Position numbers and translations under genes: made by a program. The notes under the pieces were generated by a model, which saw nothing but the letters and a program-made list of their open reading frames with translations, had not been told where the DNA came from and ran no database searches. Below, in pieces: positions 1 to 8,887 of a DNA stretch of 32,000 nt. How positions within the stretch are numbered: position 1 is the first letter of the stretch; the number at the start of each line of letters is the position of its first letter. Origin of the DNA: an uncultured Actinomycetes bacterium (GTDB taxonomy: Bacteria; Actinomycetota; Actinomycetes; S36-B12; CAIYMF01); NCBI GenBank assembly GCA_963843975.1, contig CAWJMG010000003.1, forward strand, positions 1,260,001 through 1,292,000, written 5' to 3'.

Positions 1-1
1 C

Positions 2-562
2 ACGGCTATCGATCTCGCGCGCTCGCGCTCGCTCTGGTCGGCGCTCATCCCGTTGGACGCCGCGATGCGCGCGATCGTGAGCCGCCAGTCGGGCATGGAG
101 GGGAACGACCTGCGACAGGTTGCCCGCGACCCTGGTCCTGCGCGTACTGCCCGTGCCGAGCTCGAGTACGCGCTCGGAGCAATCACCGGATGGCACGGCG
201 TCGTAGCGGCACGCCGCGCCCTCCGATACGCCAGCCCTGCCGCGGAATCGCCAACCGAGTCCCGGAGTCGAGGCTGGTTCCTCGCCGCCGGCATCACGTC
301 GCTCGAGGTCGGCTTCCCCATCGCCGTCGGGCGCCGCACCTACTGGGCCGACTTCTGCGACGAGAAGCGCAAGGTCATCGGCGAGGCCGACGGCTGGATC
401 ACGTACGGCGACGACCTGGAGTCGATCAAGGGGACGATCCGAGCCGAGAAGGTGCGCCAGTCGGACCTCGAGGGCGACGGATGGCGGTTCGTGCGCTGGA
501 TGAGCGACGACCCGCGCCGCGACGTGGTCGCCAGGATGACCGCAGCCCTCCGCTCAACCTGA
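2..562 (+). CDS. DUF559/Vsr-like (PD-(D/E)XK-type) endonuclease-domain protein, 5' end cut by window edge
   Basis: Frame 2 is open from nt 2, with no stop before the listed TTG at 53. Stop is TGA 560-562. The C-terminal pattern ESRSRGWFLAAGI...YWADFCDEKRKVIGEADG...EKVRQSDLEGDGWRFVRW resembles the core of common actinobacterial DUF559-type proteins. Assignment is from memory only. Confidence 0.5.
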   Translation, partial: TAIDLARSRSLWSALIPLDAAMRAIVSRQSGMEGNDLRQVARDPGPARTARAELEYALGAITGWHGVVAARRALRYASPAAESPTESRSRGWFLAAGITSLEVGFPIAVGRRTYWADFCDEKRKVIGEADGWITYGDDLESIKGTIRAEKVRQSDLEGDGWRFVRWMSDDPRRDVVARMTAALRST

Positions 563-611
563 TCAATCCGTCGCTACCCGCCGCCGGAAACGACGGATTG
601 ATCAGGTTGAG
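553..611. repeat. Perfect 21-bp-stem inverted repeat (hairpin) enclosing the stop codon of the upstream gene
   Basis: CTCAACCTGATCAATCCGTCG (553-573), a 17-nt loop, then CGACGGATTGATCAGGTTGAG (591-611), which is the exact reverse complement. The stem is about 52% GC in a much GC-richer context. A second small hairpin, CTGCGAA-GTG-TTCGCAG, follows at 622-638. No T-tract follows. Confidence 0.6.
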
Positions 612-835
612 CGACTGGGCTCTGCGAAGTGTTCGCAGCACCGGTCTCGCTGTGCGGACCTCGGTGGCGAGGTCTCGTACCGCATCCCTACGCTCGGCAC
701 GTGATCTCCTCGGCGACCCCCACCGCGCACGCGCTGCGCGCTGTCGCCTGTTGTCGCTGTCTCGGCTGACGCCGCCCGCCCTCGGGTACGGCGTCCACTC
801 GACGCCCTGACCACCCGACACCGGAAGACACGACC

Positions 836-1276
836 ATGACCGCACTCGCGCAGCAGAACCACCACATCGCCGACCACCTGCGGGACGCCGCCGATCCGCG
901 TGCTGTCGCCCGCGTGGTCGCCGAGCACCGCGACCTCTGGGCCGCGCACGTCCGCTTCGACCCGTCCGAGCCCCACCACGCGACGGTGTGGGCCGACGGC
1001 CGCTGGGAGGTCGTCCTCGGGGCCTGGCTGCCGGGTCAGAGCAGCGGCAGCCACGACCACGTCGGGCGCCCCGGCGCGCTGCTCGTCCTGCAGGGAGCGC
1101 TGCGCGAGACCACCTGGCACGTGGCCACCGACGGGCCCGCCCCGGGACGGCGTACGGCGGTGTCGCGCGTGCACGCCGCGGGAGGCCTGCGCACCCACGG
1201 CGCGGTGCACGTGCACGATGTCGCGGCCGAGGGCACGGACCCGGCCGTCGCCCTCCAGGTGCACGCACGCCCCTGA
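836..1276 (+). CDS. Cysteine dioxygenase-like cupin protein
   Basis: ATG 836, TGA 1274-1276, 146 aa. The cupin-type motifs WLPGQSSGSHDHVG...GALLVLQGALRE...HGAVHVHDV...AVALQVHA match my memory of actinobacterial type-I cysteine dioxygenase homologues. Confidence 0.6.
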   Translation: MTALAQQNHHIADHLRDAADPRAVARVVAEHRDLWAAHVRFDPSEPHHATVWADGRWEVVLGAWLPGQSSGSHDHVGRPGALLVLQGALRETTWHVATDGPAPGRRTAVSRVHAAGGLRTHGAVHVHDVAAEGTDPAVALQVHARP

Positions 1277-1282
1277 CGCGCG

Positions 1283-1315
1283 ACGACGCCCCCGGCCTGA
1301 GGCCGGGGGCGTCGT
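1283..1315. terminator. Bidirectional GC-rich terminator hairpin between convergent genes
   Basis: ACGACGCCCCCGGCC (1283-1297), loop TGA, GGCCGGGGGCGTCGT (1301-1315), giving a perfect 15-bp stem. It lies between the stop at 1276 (+) and the stop at 1331 (-). Confidence 0.6.
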
Positions 1316-1330
1316 GGTGCGGGCGATGGG

Positions 1331-1981
1331 TCAGTGCGCCAGCGGCGGGAGGTCGATCGGGCGCAGCACGCGGTCGATGCCATGCGCGACCTGCTTGTTG
1401 AACTTGTTGAGGTCGACCTGCGACAGGATCACGCGGGCGTTGCGCGAGTTCTTGTCCTTGTCCCAGAGGGAGATCTCGGGGCCGGCGTACACGGCGACGC
1501 CGAGCGTGCCGCCCTGGGCGGTCTTGAGCACCGCACCGTTGGCCTTCACCGCGGCGGACGAGTAGATCGTGGCGCCGGGGACGACGTGGTACAGCAGCAC
1601 GGCCTCGACGGTGGGGATGCCGAGCTTGGCGACCGCGTTGAAGATCTGCTTCTCGGACTTCGGCGCGATGCCGGTCAGGTCCTTGACCAGCAGGCGGAAG
1701 GCCTGGTCGTTGGGGATGAACGCCGTCAGGGCGACGGTGCCGTCCGTGAGGACCTTGACCTTGCTGTTCGGCTTGGCCGCGAGCACCGCGAGCACCGCCT
1801 GGGTGACGATGTCGTAGTCCTTGGCGTTCGTGTCGAACGTGCCGCCGCCGTTGGCGGTGAGCACCGCGGCGAGCGAGCGCTGGCCCTGGGCCTGCGCGGC
1901 CGGGGCGGCGGTGAGGGCGACGCCGGACACGCCGAGGGCGACTGCGGCGGCTGAGGCGGCGATGCGCGTGCGGAGCTTCAT
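1331..1981 (-). CDS. Secreted fasciclin (FAS1) domain protein
   Basis: The listed 361-aa ORF is over-extended. The internal ATG at 1981 is preceded by GGGAGAG and starts a signal peptide, MKLRTRIAASAAAVALGVSGVALTAAPAAQA. The FAS1-like blocks TAFIPNDQAF, VLLYHVVPG and AHGIDRVLRP are present. Confidence 0.85.
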   Translation of the reverse strand: MKLRTRIAASAAAVALGVSGVALTAAPAAQAQGQRSLAAVLTANGGGTFDTNAKDYDIVTQAVLAVLAAKPNSKVKVLTDGTVALTAFIPNDQAFRLLVKDLTGIAPKSEKQIFNAVAKLGIPTVEAVLLYHVVPGATIYSSAAVKANGAVLKTAQGGTLGVAVYAGPEISLWDKDKNSRNARVILSQVDLNKFNKQVAHGIDRVLRPIDLPPLAH

Positions 1982-2138
1982 GTCTCTCCCGAGGTGAGGT
2001 CCGGCGACCCGGACGACTGCCCCTACTTCTGCGGCATGCCCCGCCGTGGATGCAGGTGCCTCAGGAAATCTTCGGGCGCCTGTCGGAGGTGGCAGCGAGG
2101 ATGCGGGCACGAGCACGTGGACGAGCGAGGAGAGCCCC

Positions 2139-2657
2139 ATGACCTGGACCGCACCCGAGATCGATCGCGCCGAACCGCCGTACGTCGGGGACGAGCGTGC
2201 GTCGCTGCAGGCATGGCTGCGGTTCCAGCGCGAGACGCTGCTCTGGAAGTGCCAGGGCCTGACCCACGAGCAGCTCGCGACCCGGGCGGTCCCGCCGTCG
2301 AGCATGTCGCTGCTCGGGCTCGTGCGGCACATGACCGACGTCGAGCGCTGGTGGTTCCGGACGAACCTCCGCGGCGAGCAGATCGACGGTCTCTTCGGCC
2401 CGAGCGACAACCTCACCGGCGACTTCGACGACCTCGACTCGATGCCGGCCGAGCAGGTGTGGATGGCCTATGACGCGGAGTGCGACGCCGCCGACGCGGC
2501 AGCGGACGGCCTGCCGCTCGACTCCACGTTCGAGCACCGCCGCCACGGCACTGTCGACCTGCGCTGGGTCTACGTCCACATGATCGAGGAGTACGCCCGG
2601 CACAACGGTCACGCCGACCTCCTGCGCGAACTGGTCGACGGCACCACCGGCGACTGA
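2139..2657 (+). CDS. DinB-family / DUF664 protein
   Basis: ATG 2139 is preceded by GAGGAGAG. The sequence ERASLQAWLRFQRETLLWKCQGLTHEQL...LLGLVRHMTDVERWWF...VHMIEEYARHNGHADLLRELVDG is typical of the DUF664/DinB_2 four-helix-bundle family. Confidence 0.8.
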   Translation: MTWTAPEIDRAEPPYVGDERASLQAWLRFQRETLLWKCQGLTHEQLATRAVPPSSMSLLGLVRHMTDVERWWFRTNLRGEQIDGLFGPSDNLTGDFDDLDSMPAEQVWMAYDAECDAADAAADGLPLDSTFEHRRHGTVDLRWVYVHMIEEYARHNGHADLLRELVDGTTGD

Positions 2658-2693
2658 CCACCGGGCGCACCCGGGGCACGGCAGGATCAGCGG

Positions 2694-3662
2694 GTGACCA
2701 CCGCCGCTGACTCCCTCTGGACCGACCTCGCCACGCTGCGCTGCACTCTGGTGCCGGACCCGGTCCCCACGGACGGCGGCGGCAGCACCCGCCTGCTCGT
2801 CGTCCGCCTCGACAACCCGTCGGGCGACCTCGTCGACACCGCGGTGTTCGCCGACCTCGACCAGCTCGGGCGCCGCCTCGCGGCCACCACGGCCATCGGC
2901 GGCGTCGTCATCACCGGCCGCGAGCCGGGGATCTTCGCTCCGCACTTCCGGCTCGGTGAGATCGCCGAGGGCGCCGAGGCGCTGGGGCGCCCGGTGCCGT
3001 ACGGCCTCGCCCGCCTCGCGTTCACCGGCGTCGCCGCGCTCTCGCGCAGCGACCGCGTGCGCGACGCGTTGCTCGCCTCCCCCGCCGCGGGCATCGCCGA
3101 GCTCGCCCGCACGCACGCAGCACTCGACCGCCTCGGCACGCTGCCGCAGGTCGTGGTCGCGGCGATCGACGGCGACGCGCTGGCCGGCGGCTGCGAGATC
3201 GCGCTCGCCTGCGACCTGCGCGTCATGGCCCGCGGCGAGGGCCGGATCGGCCTCGTCGAGATCACCGCCGCCATCCCGCCGGGCGCCGGCGGCACCCAGC
3301 GTCTGGCGCGCGCGGTCGGCACGGCCCGCGCGCGCTCGATGATGCTGCGGGCCACGACGTACGACGCCGACACCGCGCACGACGCAGGTCTCGTCGACGA
3401 GGTGACGACACCGGAAGCACTGCTCGAGACGGCGATCGCTGTGGCCACCGAGGTGGCCCGCCGCAGCCCGGACGCCGTCGCAGCGGTCAAGCGCTCGCTG
3501 CACGGCGGGCGCACGTGGCGGTCCGGCGTCGCCGACGAGGCTGCGTCGTTCGTCAGCACCGCGTCGCGCACGCGCGCCATCGCACGGCTGAAGGACTTCG
3601 CGTCGCAGTCCGACGCCCGTGGCAGCCGCACGCCCTGGCGCGACCGCACCTGGATCTCGTAA
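2694..3662 (+). CDS. Enoyl-CoA hydratase/isomerase (crotonase) family protein
   Basis: 322-aa ORF with the crotonase signature VVAAIDGDALAGGCEIALACDLRVMA and IPPGAGGTQRLARAVG. The GTG start at 2694 is uncertain. Confidence 0.8.
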   Translation: MTTAADSLWTDLATLRCTLVPDPVPTDGGGSTRLLVVRLDNPSGDLVDTAVFADLDQLGRRLAATTAIGGVVITGREPGIFAPHFRLGEIAEGAEALGRPVPYGLARLAFTGVAALSRSDRVRDALLASPAAGIAELARTHAALDRLGTLPQVVVAAIDGDALAGGCEIALACDLRVMARGEGRIGLVEITAAIPPGAGGTQRLARAVGTARARSMMLRATTYDADTAHDAGLVDEVTTPEALLETAIAVATEVARRSPDAVAAVKRSLHGGRTWRSGVADEAASFVSTASRTRAIARLKDFASQSDARGSRTPWRDRTWIS

Positions 3663-3668
3663 ACCCTG

Positions 3669-5198
3669 TCAGCGCAAGGCCATCGCGCGCTCGGCGAGGG
3701 CCGTGATCGTCAGGGACGGGTTGACACCGACGTTGGCCGGCACGGCGCTGCCGTCGAGCACCCGCAGGTCCTCGTGCACGTCGCCGTCCGGCGTCGCCCA
3801 CACGCGGTGCTGCGGATCGATCACCCCGTGCCCGGGGGCGGTGGAGATCACCGCGCCGCCGAGGATGTGCGCCGTGGCGCCGATGCCCAGCACGGGGTCG
3901 AGCAGAGTGCCGTACGCCTGACCGCCGCTCGCAGCAGCGACGGCACGGGCCGCAGCGTTCGCCTGCGGGAGGTACGTCGGGATCGGCGCCGCACCGGGTG
4001 CGAGCCGCGAGCGCAGCCCCCACCCGAGCGGGCCGCGGCGCAGCTCGAGCGCGATCTCGTTGTCGTCGTGCTGCATGACCGTGAGCACGGTGATGCGGCG
4101 GTTCCAGTCACGGGCGCGCATGTTGGCGGTGGCGGCGCGCGGGTCGCGGAGCATCGCGGCGAGGGTGCCTCGCGCCCGGGCGCCTCGGCGCTCGTCGTCG
4201 ACGATCGGGGCGAGGTACCAGCGCATGAAGCCGTACGACGCGGGGAAGCGGTTCTGCGTCACGTGGGTGCTGTCGTCCGGGTGGAAGTCGCTGCTGATCG
4301 TGGCGCCGTCGGTGCTGACGTCCTCGCCGCCCTCGGGCTGCAGCACGGCGGTGAACGCCTCGGAGTTGGTGCGCACGTGCTGACCCAGGGCCGGCGAGAG
4401 CCACGGCACCGAGCGCCACCGGTCGCGCGAGGCGAGCAGCAGCTCGGTCGTGCCGAGCACTCCCCCGGCCAGCACCACCTCGCGCGCCGCCAGCGTGCGC
4501 ACCGGCGAGCGACGGTCGAGCGGGTCGATGACGTCGAGCTGCCATCCGCCGCCGGGGAGCCTCGACAGGCGCTGCACCTTCGAGCGCGGCGTGATGGTGG
4601 CCCCGAGCTCCTCCGCGCGCGCGAGGTACGTGCGGTCGACGCTGTTCTTCGCGCCGTGCACGCAGCCGGTCAGGCAGGCGCCGCACCGCGTGCAGTCGGC
4701 GAACGAGATCCCCTGCGGCGTGGGCGCGAACGTCGACCCGGCGCCGAGCGAGTCGGCTGCCGCACCGAGCCACCGGTCCTGCGCGCCGACGTACGGGTTG
4801 GTCTCGACGCCGAGCATCGAGGCCGCCGTCGCGTAGTGGCGGTCGAGCTCCCCTGCCCAGTCCAGACCGGTCGACGCCCAGCCGGGCGCCTCCCAGGCGT
4901 GCGGCTTCGGGCGCAGAAGGACCGCGGCGTAGACAACCGAGCCGCCGCCGACGCCGATGCCGTGCACGACCACGACGTGACGCAGCAGCGTCTGCCGGAA
5001 GTAGCCGGACAGCCCGGCCTCGGGCGCCCACAGCAGCGCGCGCGTGCTGCGCGCGCCCGCCTCGAGGTCCTCCCGGGTGAGGCGGCGTCCCTGCTCCAGG
5101 ACGGCGACCGAGCGACCCGCCTCCGCGTGCCGAAGGGCGGCCACGCCCCCGCCGAAGCCGGACCCGACCACGGCGACGTCCACGTCGAAGGTGCTCAC
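3669..5198 (-). CDS. GMC-family FAD oxidoreductase (cholesterol-oxidase-like)
   Basis: GTG 5198 is preceded by GAGGA. An N-terminal Rossmann motif VAVVGSGFGGG is present, along with the C-terminal GMC block LRVLDGSAVPANVGVNPSLTITALAER. Length is 509 aa. Confidence 0.85.
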   Translation of the reverse strand: MSTFDVDVAVVGSGFGGGVAALRHAEAGRSVAVLEQGRRLTREDLEAGARSTRALLWAPEAGLSGYFRQTLLRHVVVVHGIGVGGGSVVYAAVLLRPKPHAWEAPGWASTGLDWAGELDRHYATAASMLGVETNPYVGAQDRWLGAAADSLGAGSTFAPTPQGISFADCTRCGACLTGCVHGAKNSVDRTYLARAEELGATITPRSKVQRLSRLPGGGWQLDVIDPLDRRSPVRTLAAREVVLAGGVLGTTELLLASRDRWRSVPWLSPALGQHVRTNSEAFTAVLQPEGGEDVSTDGATISSDFHPDDSTHVTQNRFPASYGFMRWYLAPIVDDERRGARARGTLAAMLRDPRAATANMRARDWNRRITVLTVMQHDDNEIALELRRGPLGWGLRSRLAPGAAPIPTYLPQANAAARAVAAASGGQAYGTLLDPVLGIGATAHILGGAVISTAPGHGVIDPQHRVWATPDGDVHEDLRVLDGSAVPANVGVNPSLTITALAERAMALR

Positions 5199-5208
5199 AG
5201 GGACATCC

Positions 5209-5649
5209 TCAGGGTTCGTGGACCACCGGCGGGTCGATGTGGACGAGGTCCACCTCCGGCGTCAACTCCACCAGGATCCAGACCCGCTTCTTCCCGACGA
5301 GGCGCAGCGGCCAGCGCGCGGGCCACATGATCGAGAAGTGCCGGCCGTACTTGGCCCGGTGCGCGCGCACGCCGGGCCGGAATTCGCTGCGGTCGAGCAC
5401 CTCAGCGCGACCGGCGACGTACGACGCCCCCGCGAGCAGGCGCCCCGGTCCGTCGCAGGGCGCGACGGCGACGAGCGGGTTGAGCCCGATGCGGCGCACC
5501 TTGTGGGAGTCGCCGAAGGTGGAGACGAAGAGCCGCTCGCCGTCTCCGCTGACCCAGACCGGCGTGTGCGCGGGCGAGCCGTCGGCGCGGAAGCTGACGA
5601 GGTCGACGAAGGGCTCCTGGCCGAGCGCGCGGGTCAGGTCGTCGGCCAT
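5209..5649 (-). CDS. PPOX-class (pyridoxamine-5'-phosphate-oxidase-like, probably F420/FMN-dependent) protein
   Basis: The listed 462-aa ORF is over-extended. The ATG at 5649 gives 146 aa, beginning MADDLTRALGQEPFVDLVSFRADGSPAHTPVWV..., which is typical of the split-barrel PPOX class. The stop lies 10 nt upstream of the GMC start, so the two genes are probably co-transcribed. Confidence 0.7.
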   Translation of the reverse strand: MADDLTRALGQEPFVDLVSFRADGSPAHTPVWVSGDGERLFVSTFGDSHKVRRIGLNPLVAVAPCDGPGRLLAGASYVAGRAEVLDRSEFRPGVRAHRAKYGRHFSIMWPARWPLRLVGKKRVWILVELTPEVDLVHIDPPVVHEP

Positions 5650-5754
5650 GGGCCGACTCTCCCACGCCGCACCGCGGACGGATGAAACCGTGACGCGGGG
5701 TCGGATTCCGCGGGCCGTGGCTCCCGCCGCCGCGCTCTCCCCTACGCTCGCCGC

Positions 5755-6876
5755 ATGACCGAGGACGCAGGCACGCCGTCGCCGTCCGAGCCTGCCGCGG
5801 ACGAGATCGCGGCGGCCGGGCCGCGACCGGCGCTGGACAAGAAGAAGTCGATCATCTTCGGCCTGATCGGCCTGGCGGTGCTCGTCATCATCTTCGTGAA
5901 GGTGATCCCCCAGATCGGCAGCTACTCCGACGCCGTGGAGTCGCTGAAGCGGATGAGTGCCGGCGACGTCGTGCTCATCGTGCTCATGGTGCTGATCTAC
6001 CTCGCGTTCTACCCGCTGCCGTTCATGGCGGCGACCCCCGGCCTGTCGTACGGCCGTGCCTTCCAGCTCAACCAGGGCGCGTTCGCGATCAGCAACGGCA
6101 TCCCCGCCGGCGGCGCCTTCGGCCTCGGCGTCCAGTACGCGATGCTCGCCTCCTGGCGGGTGCCGCCCACGGTCGCGACCGCCGCGATCGGCGCCGTGGG
6201 CGTGTGGAGCGTGTTCGTCACCCTGGGCCTGCCGGTGCTCGGCGTGTTCGCCCTCTGGGCCTCGGGCCTCGTCGACGTAAGCTCGTACGTCAAGTACGCC
6301 GCGATCGGCCTGGGCGTGCTCGCGGCGATGATCGTCGTCTTCGCGCTCATCATGCGCAGCGAGGCGCTCGCCGTGAAGATCGGCGAGCTCGCCAACAAGA
6401 TCATCAACCCGGTGCTGACGCGCTTCAAGCGCCAGCCGGTCGACGTGGTCCAGTCGGTGCTCAGCTTCCGCAACGACACGGTCGACCTCGTGAAGAAGCG
6501 GTGGCACGTCATCACCGCCGCCCAGGTCGGCGTCTCGGTCACCCAGGGCCTGATCCTGCTCGCCGCGGTCTGGGGCGTGCAGGGCAGCGGCAACCACACC
6601 CCGGCGCTGGCCGTGCTCGGCGCGTACGCCGTCGCGCAGATCGGCATCATGATCCCGCTGACGCCGGGCGGGCTCGGCACCGTCGACGCGCTGATGCTGG
6701 GCATCCTCACCGCCGCTGGAGTGTCCGACGGCGACGCGACGGCAGCGGTGCTCGTGTGGCGCGCGGCGTCCTTCGTCCCGCAGATCATCGTCGGGGTCCT
6801 CAGCCTCGTCGTCTGGAGCCGGACCGCCGCCAAGGCGCTCGCGGGGGCGCCGGCGGCCCCGGAGGCTGCTGCCTGA
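5755..6876 (+). CDS. UPF0104 / lysylphosphatidylglycerol-synthase-TM-region-like ('flippase-like') membrane protein
   Basis: 373 aa and multi-pass hydrophobic. The characteristic motif IPLTPGGLGTVDA lies near the C-terminus. Confidence 0.75.
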   Translation: MTEDAGTPSPSEPAADEIAAAGPRPALDKKKSIIFGLIGLAVLVIIFVKVIPQIGSYSDAVESLKRMSAGDVVLIVLMVLIYLAFYPLPFMAATPGLSYGRAFQLNQGAFAISNGIPAGGAFGLGVQYAMLASWRVPPTVATAAIGAVGVWSVFVTLGLPVLGVFALWASGLVDVSSYVKYAAIGLGVLAAMIVVFALIMRSEALAVKIGELANKIINPVLTRFKRQPVDVVQSVLSFRNDTVDLVKKRWHVITAAQVGVSVTQGLILLAAVWGVQGSGNHTPALAVLGAYAVAQIGIMIPLTPGGLGTVDALMLGILTAAGVSDGDATAAVLVWRAASFVPQIIVGVLSLVVWSRTAAKALAGAPAAPEAAA

Positions 6877-6916
6877 TCCGGTCGCCGGACCGGCCCTGCG
6901 CCACTACCGTCCTGCC

Positions 6917-7645
6917 ATGACCTCGACGACGCAGGGCACGGCGACCGGCATCGAGCGCAGCACTCGGGCGCAGAAGTGGTTCCTCGTCAACGCGGTGGTG
7001 GCCTGGTTCGGCCTGGCCATCCAGCTGACGATCTCCGCCACCGGCATGTACCCGACCACGGCCACCAAGCCGAGCCAGTACGGCTACGGCAACCTGCCCG
7101 GCATCGACGGCCTCGTCGGACGGCTCGTGGACTTCCTCTCCTACTTCACGATCTGGAGCAACATCGCCGTCGCCGTGGTGGTGACCCTGCTCGCGCTCGA
7201 CTCCCGTCGCGACTCCCCCGTGCTGCGCGCCGTCCGCCTGTCGTCGCTGCTGATGATCTCGATCACGGGTCTCGTGTACGGCGTGATCCTCTCCGGAGTC
7301 GTGACGCTGCGCGGGTGGGAGTATCTCGCGAACTTCTTCATCCACCAGGCGGTGCCGCTGCTGACGGTCGTGGTGTTCGTCGTGGCCGGGCCCCGCGGGT
7401 GGATCGATCGGCGGGTGCTGCTCGGCTCGTTCGTCCTGCCCATCGTGTGGCTGGCGTACGCACTGATCCGCGGTGCGGTCATCGGCGCCTACCCGTACTT
7501 CTTCATCGACGTCGCGACGCTCGGCTACGGCACGGTCGCGCTCAACCTCGCCGGCGTCCTGCTGCTCGGCCTCGTCATCGCCCTGATCCTCTGGGCGCTC
7601 GACCGCTGGCTCGTACGCAGGGCCGCTGCGCGCGCGGCGCAGTAG
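6917..7645 (+). CDS. Pr6Pr-family (FAR-17a/AIG1-like) membrane protein
   Basis: 242 aa with about 6 hydrophobic spans. The YFTIWSNIAV motif matches what I remember of the family. Confidence 0.6.
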   Translation: MTSTTQGTATGIERSTRAQKWFLVNAVVAWFGLAIQLTISATGMYPTTATKPSQYGYGNLPGIDGLVGRLVDFLSYFTIWSNIAVAVVVTLLALDSRRDSPVLRAVRLSSLLMISITGLVYGVILSGVVTLRGWEYLANFFIHQAVPLLTVVVFVVAGPRGWIDRRVLLGSFVLPIVWLAYALIRGAVIGAYPYFFIDVATLGYGTVALNLAGVLLLGLVIALILWALDRWLVRRAAARAAQ

Positions 7646-7657
7646 CGGGACCCGCTA
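7643..7657. terminator. Compact palindrome containing both convergent stop codons
   Basis: TAGCGGG-A-CCCGCTA. The TAG at 7643-7645 ends the + gene and the CTA at 7655-7657 is the TAG of the - gene. It could fold as a 6-bp stem with a 3-nt loop. Terminator function is a guess. Confidence 0.3.
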
Positions 7658-8887
7658 GTACAGCGCCATCCCGGTCACGCGCGCGGTCGACCAGCGAAGG
7701 CACCGCGACGACAGCTCGAGCGCAGGCACCGGCTCGCTCACGAGGTAGCCCTGGACCTTGTCGACGCCGAGCGTGCGCAGACGCTCGAACACCAGCGAGG
7801 TCTCGACGCCCTCTGCGGTCACCGCGAGCCCGAGCTGGTGGCCGAGCAGGACGGCGTTCTCGACGATGATCCAGTCGTTGAGGTTGTTGATGGGGTTCGC
7901 CGAGACGAACTCGCGGTCGATCTTCAGAGTGGTGAAGGGGTACCAGCGCAGGCGGTCGACGGTGGACGAGCCCGTGCCGTAGTCGTCGATGGCCAGCTTG
8001 AACTGCGCGAGCCCCAGCCGTGTCATGACGTCGAGCGCGGTCACCGCCACGCCGTCCGCGACCGTCTCGGTGATCTCCAGCGTCCAGGACGACGGCGGTG
8101 CCGCGCGGCCGAGGATGGACAGCAGCTCGTCCGGCGTCTCAGGCACGTTGAGGTCGAGCGCCGAGACGTTGATCGACACGTCGTCGAGGTCGGCGACGCC
8201 CGGCACCGACATGCGGTCCTCGGCCACCTGCTGCGCGACGTGCAGGAGCAGGTCGTGCTGACGCCCGAGCCGCTCGAGAGCCGGGACGAACTGGTCGGGC
8301 GGGATCAGCCCGTGCTCGGGGTGCCGCCAGCGCACCAGCGCCTCGGCCGAGCGGACGGTGCCGTCGGCGACGTTCGCGATGGGCTGGTAGAGCACGTGCA
8401 GCTGCGACGGCACCAGGTCGTCGATGATCGTGTTGACGTCGGGTCGCTGGCGCAGCACGAGCGCGGACTTCTGGACGGCGTCTCGGCAGTCGCGCAGCAG
8501 CGTACGCAACGACGAGAGGCCGAGCGGCTTGGGCATCGTGCCCAGCACCTGCAGGCCGTACAGCTGGGCGACGCGCGTCGCGGACGCGATGATCCGCTCC
8601 GACGCCCCACTGGCCAGCACCACCCGCGCGCCAGGCGCACGGCTCGCCAGGGTCTTCATCACGGCGATGCCGTCGCTGCCGATCAGCGCGAGGTCGAGGA
8701 CGATCACGTCGAAGTCCGCACCGAGCAGGCGGTCGATCTCCTCGGCCGTGCTCGCGCTCTGCGCCACGAAGCCCACCATGTTGGCGACGTCCGAGATCAG
8801 CTCGCAGATCGACGGCTCGTCGTCCACCACCAGCAGGCGGGGTCCTGCGTCCACCAGCGCGATCGGCATGGTCGTCGGGTCGCTCAT
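7655..8887 (-). CDS. Response regulator with REC + EAL (c-di-GMP phosphodiesterase) domains
   Basis: ATG 8887 overlaps the stop of the upstream kinase (ATGA at 8884-8887). REC motifs are LLVVDDEPS and DVIVLDLAL. The EAL domain retains YQPI, AEALVRW, LEITET, AIDDYGTGSS, LKIDREF, TAEGVET and QGYL. Confidence 0.9.
   Translation of the reverse strand: MSDPTTMPIALVDAGPRLLVVDDEPSICELISDVANMVGFVAQSASTAEEIDRLLGADFDVIVLDLALIGSDGIAVMKTLASRAPGARVVLASGASERIIASATRVAQLYGLQVLGTMPKPLGLSSLRTLLRDCRDAVQKSALVLRQRPDVNTIIDDLVPSQLHVLYQPIANVADGTVRSAEALVRWRHPEHGLIPPDQFVPALERLGRQHDLLLHVAQQVAEDRMSVPGVADLDDVSINVSALDLNVPETPDELLSILGRAAPPSSWTLEITETVADGVAVTALDVMTRLGLAQFKLAIDDYGTGSSTVDRLRWYPFTTLKIDREFVSANPINNLNDWIIVENAVLLGHQLGLAVTAEGVETSLVFERLRTLGVDKVQGYLVSEPVPALELSSRCLRWSTARVTGMALY

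Noticed and set aside
1-835. Mobile element or defence island at the left edge (DUF559-like gene plus long hairpin)
   Set aside because: No transposase, integrase, terminal inverted-repeat pair, target-site duplication or toxin/antitoxin partner is visible. DUF559-type orphans are common in actinobacterial chromosomes. The hairpin is reported separately at low interest.
3660-3671. Convergent crotonase and GMC genes with only 6 nt between their stops and no hairpin
   Set aside because: Noted as a tight convergent junction, but it has no sequence feature to interpret and is not unusual in compact genomes.
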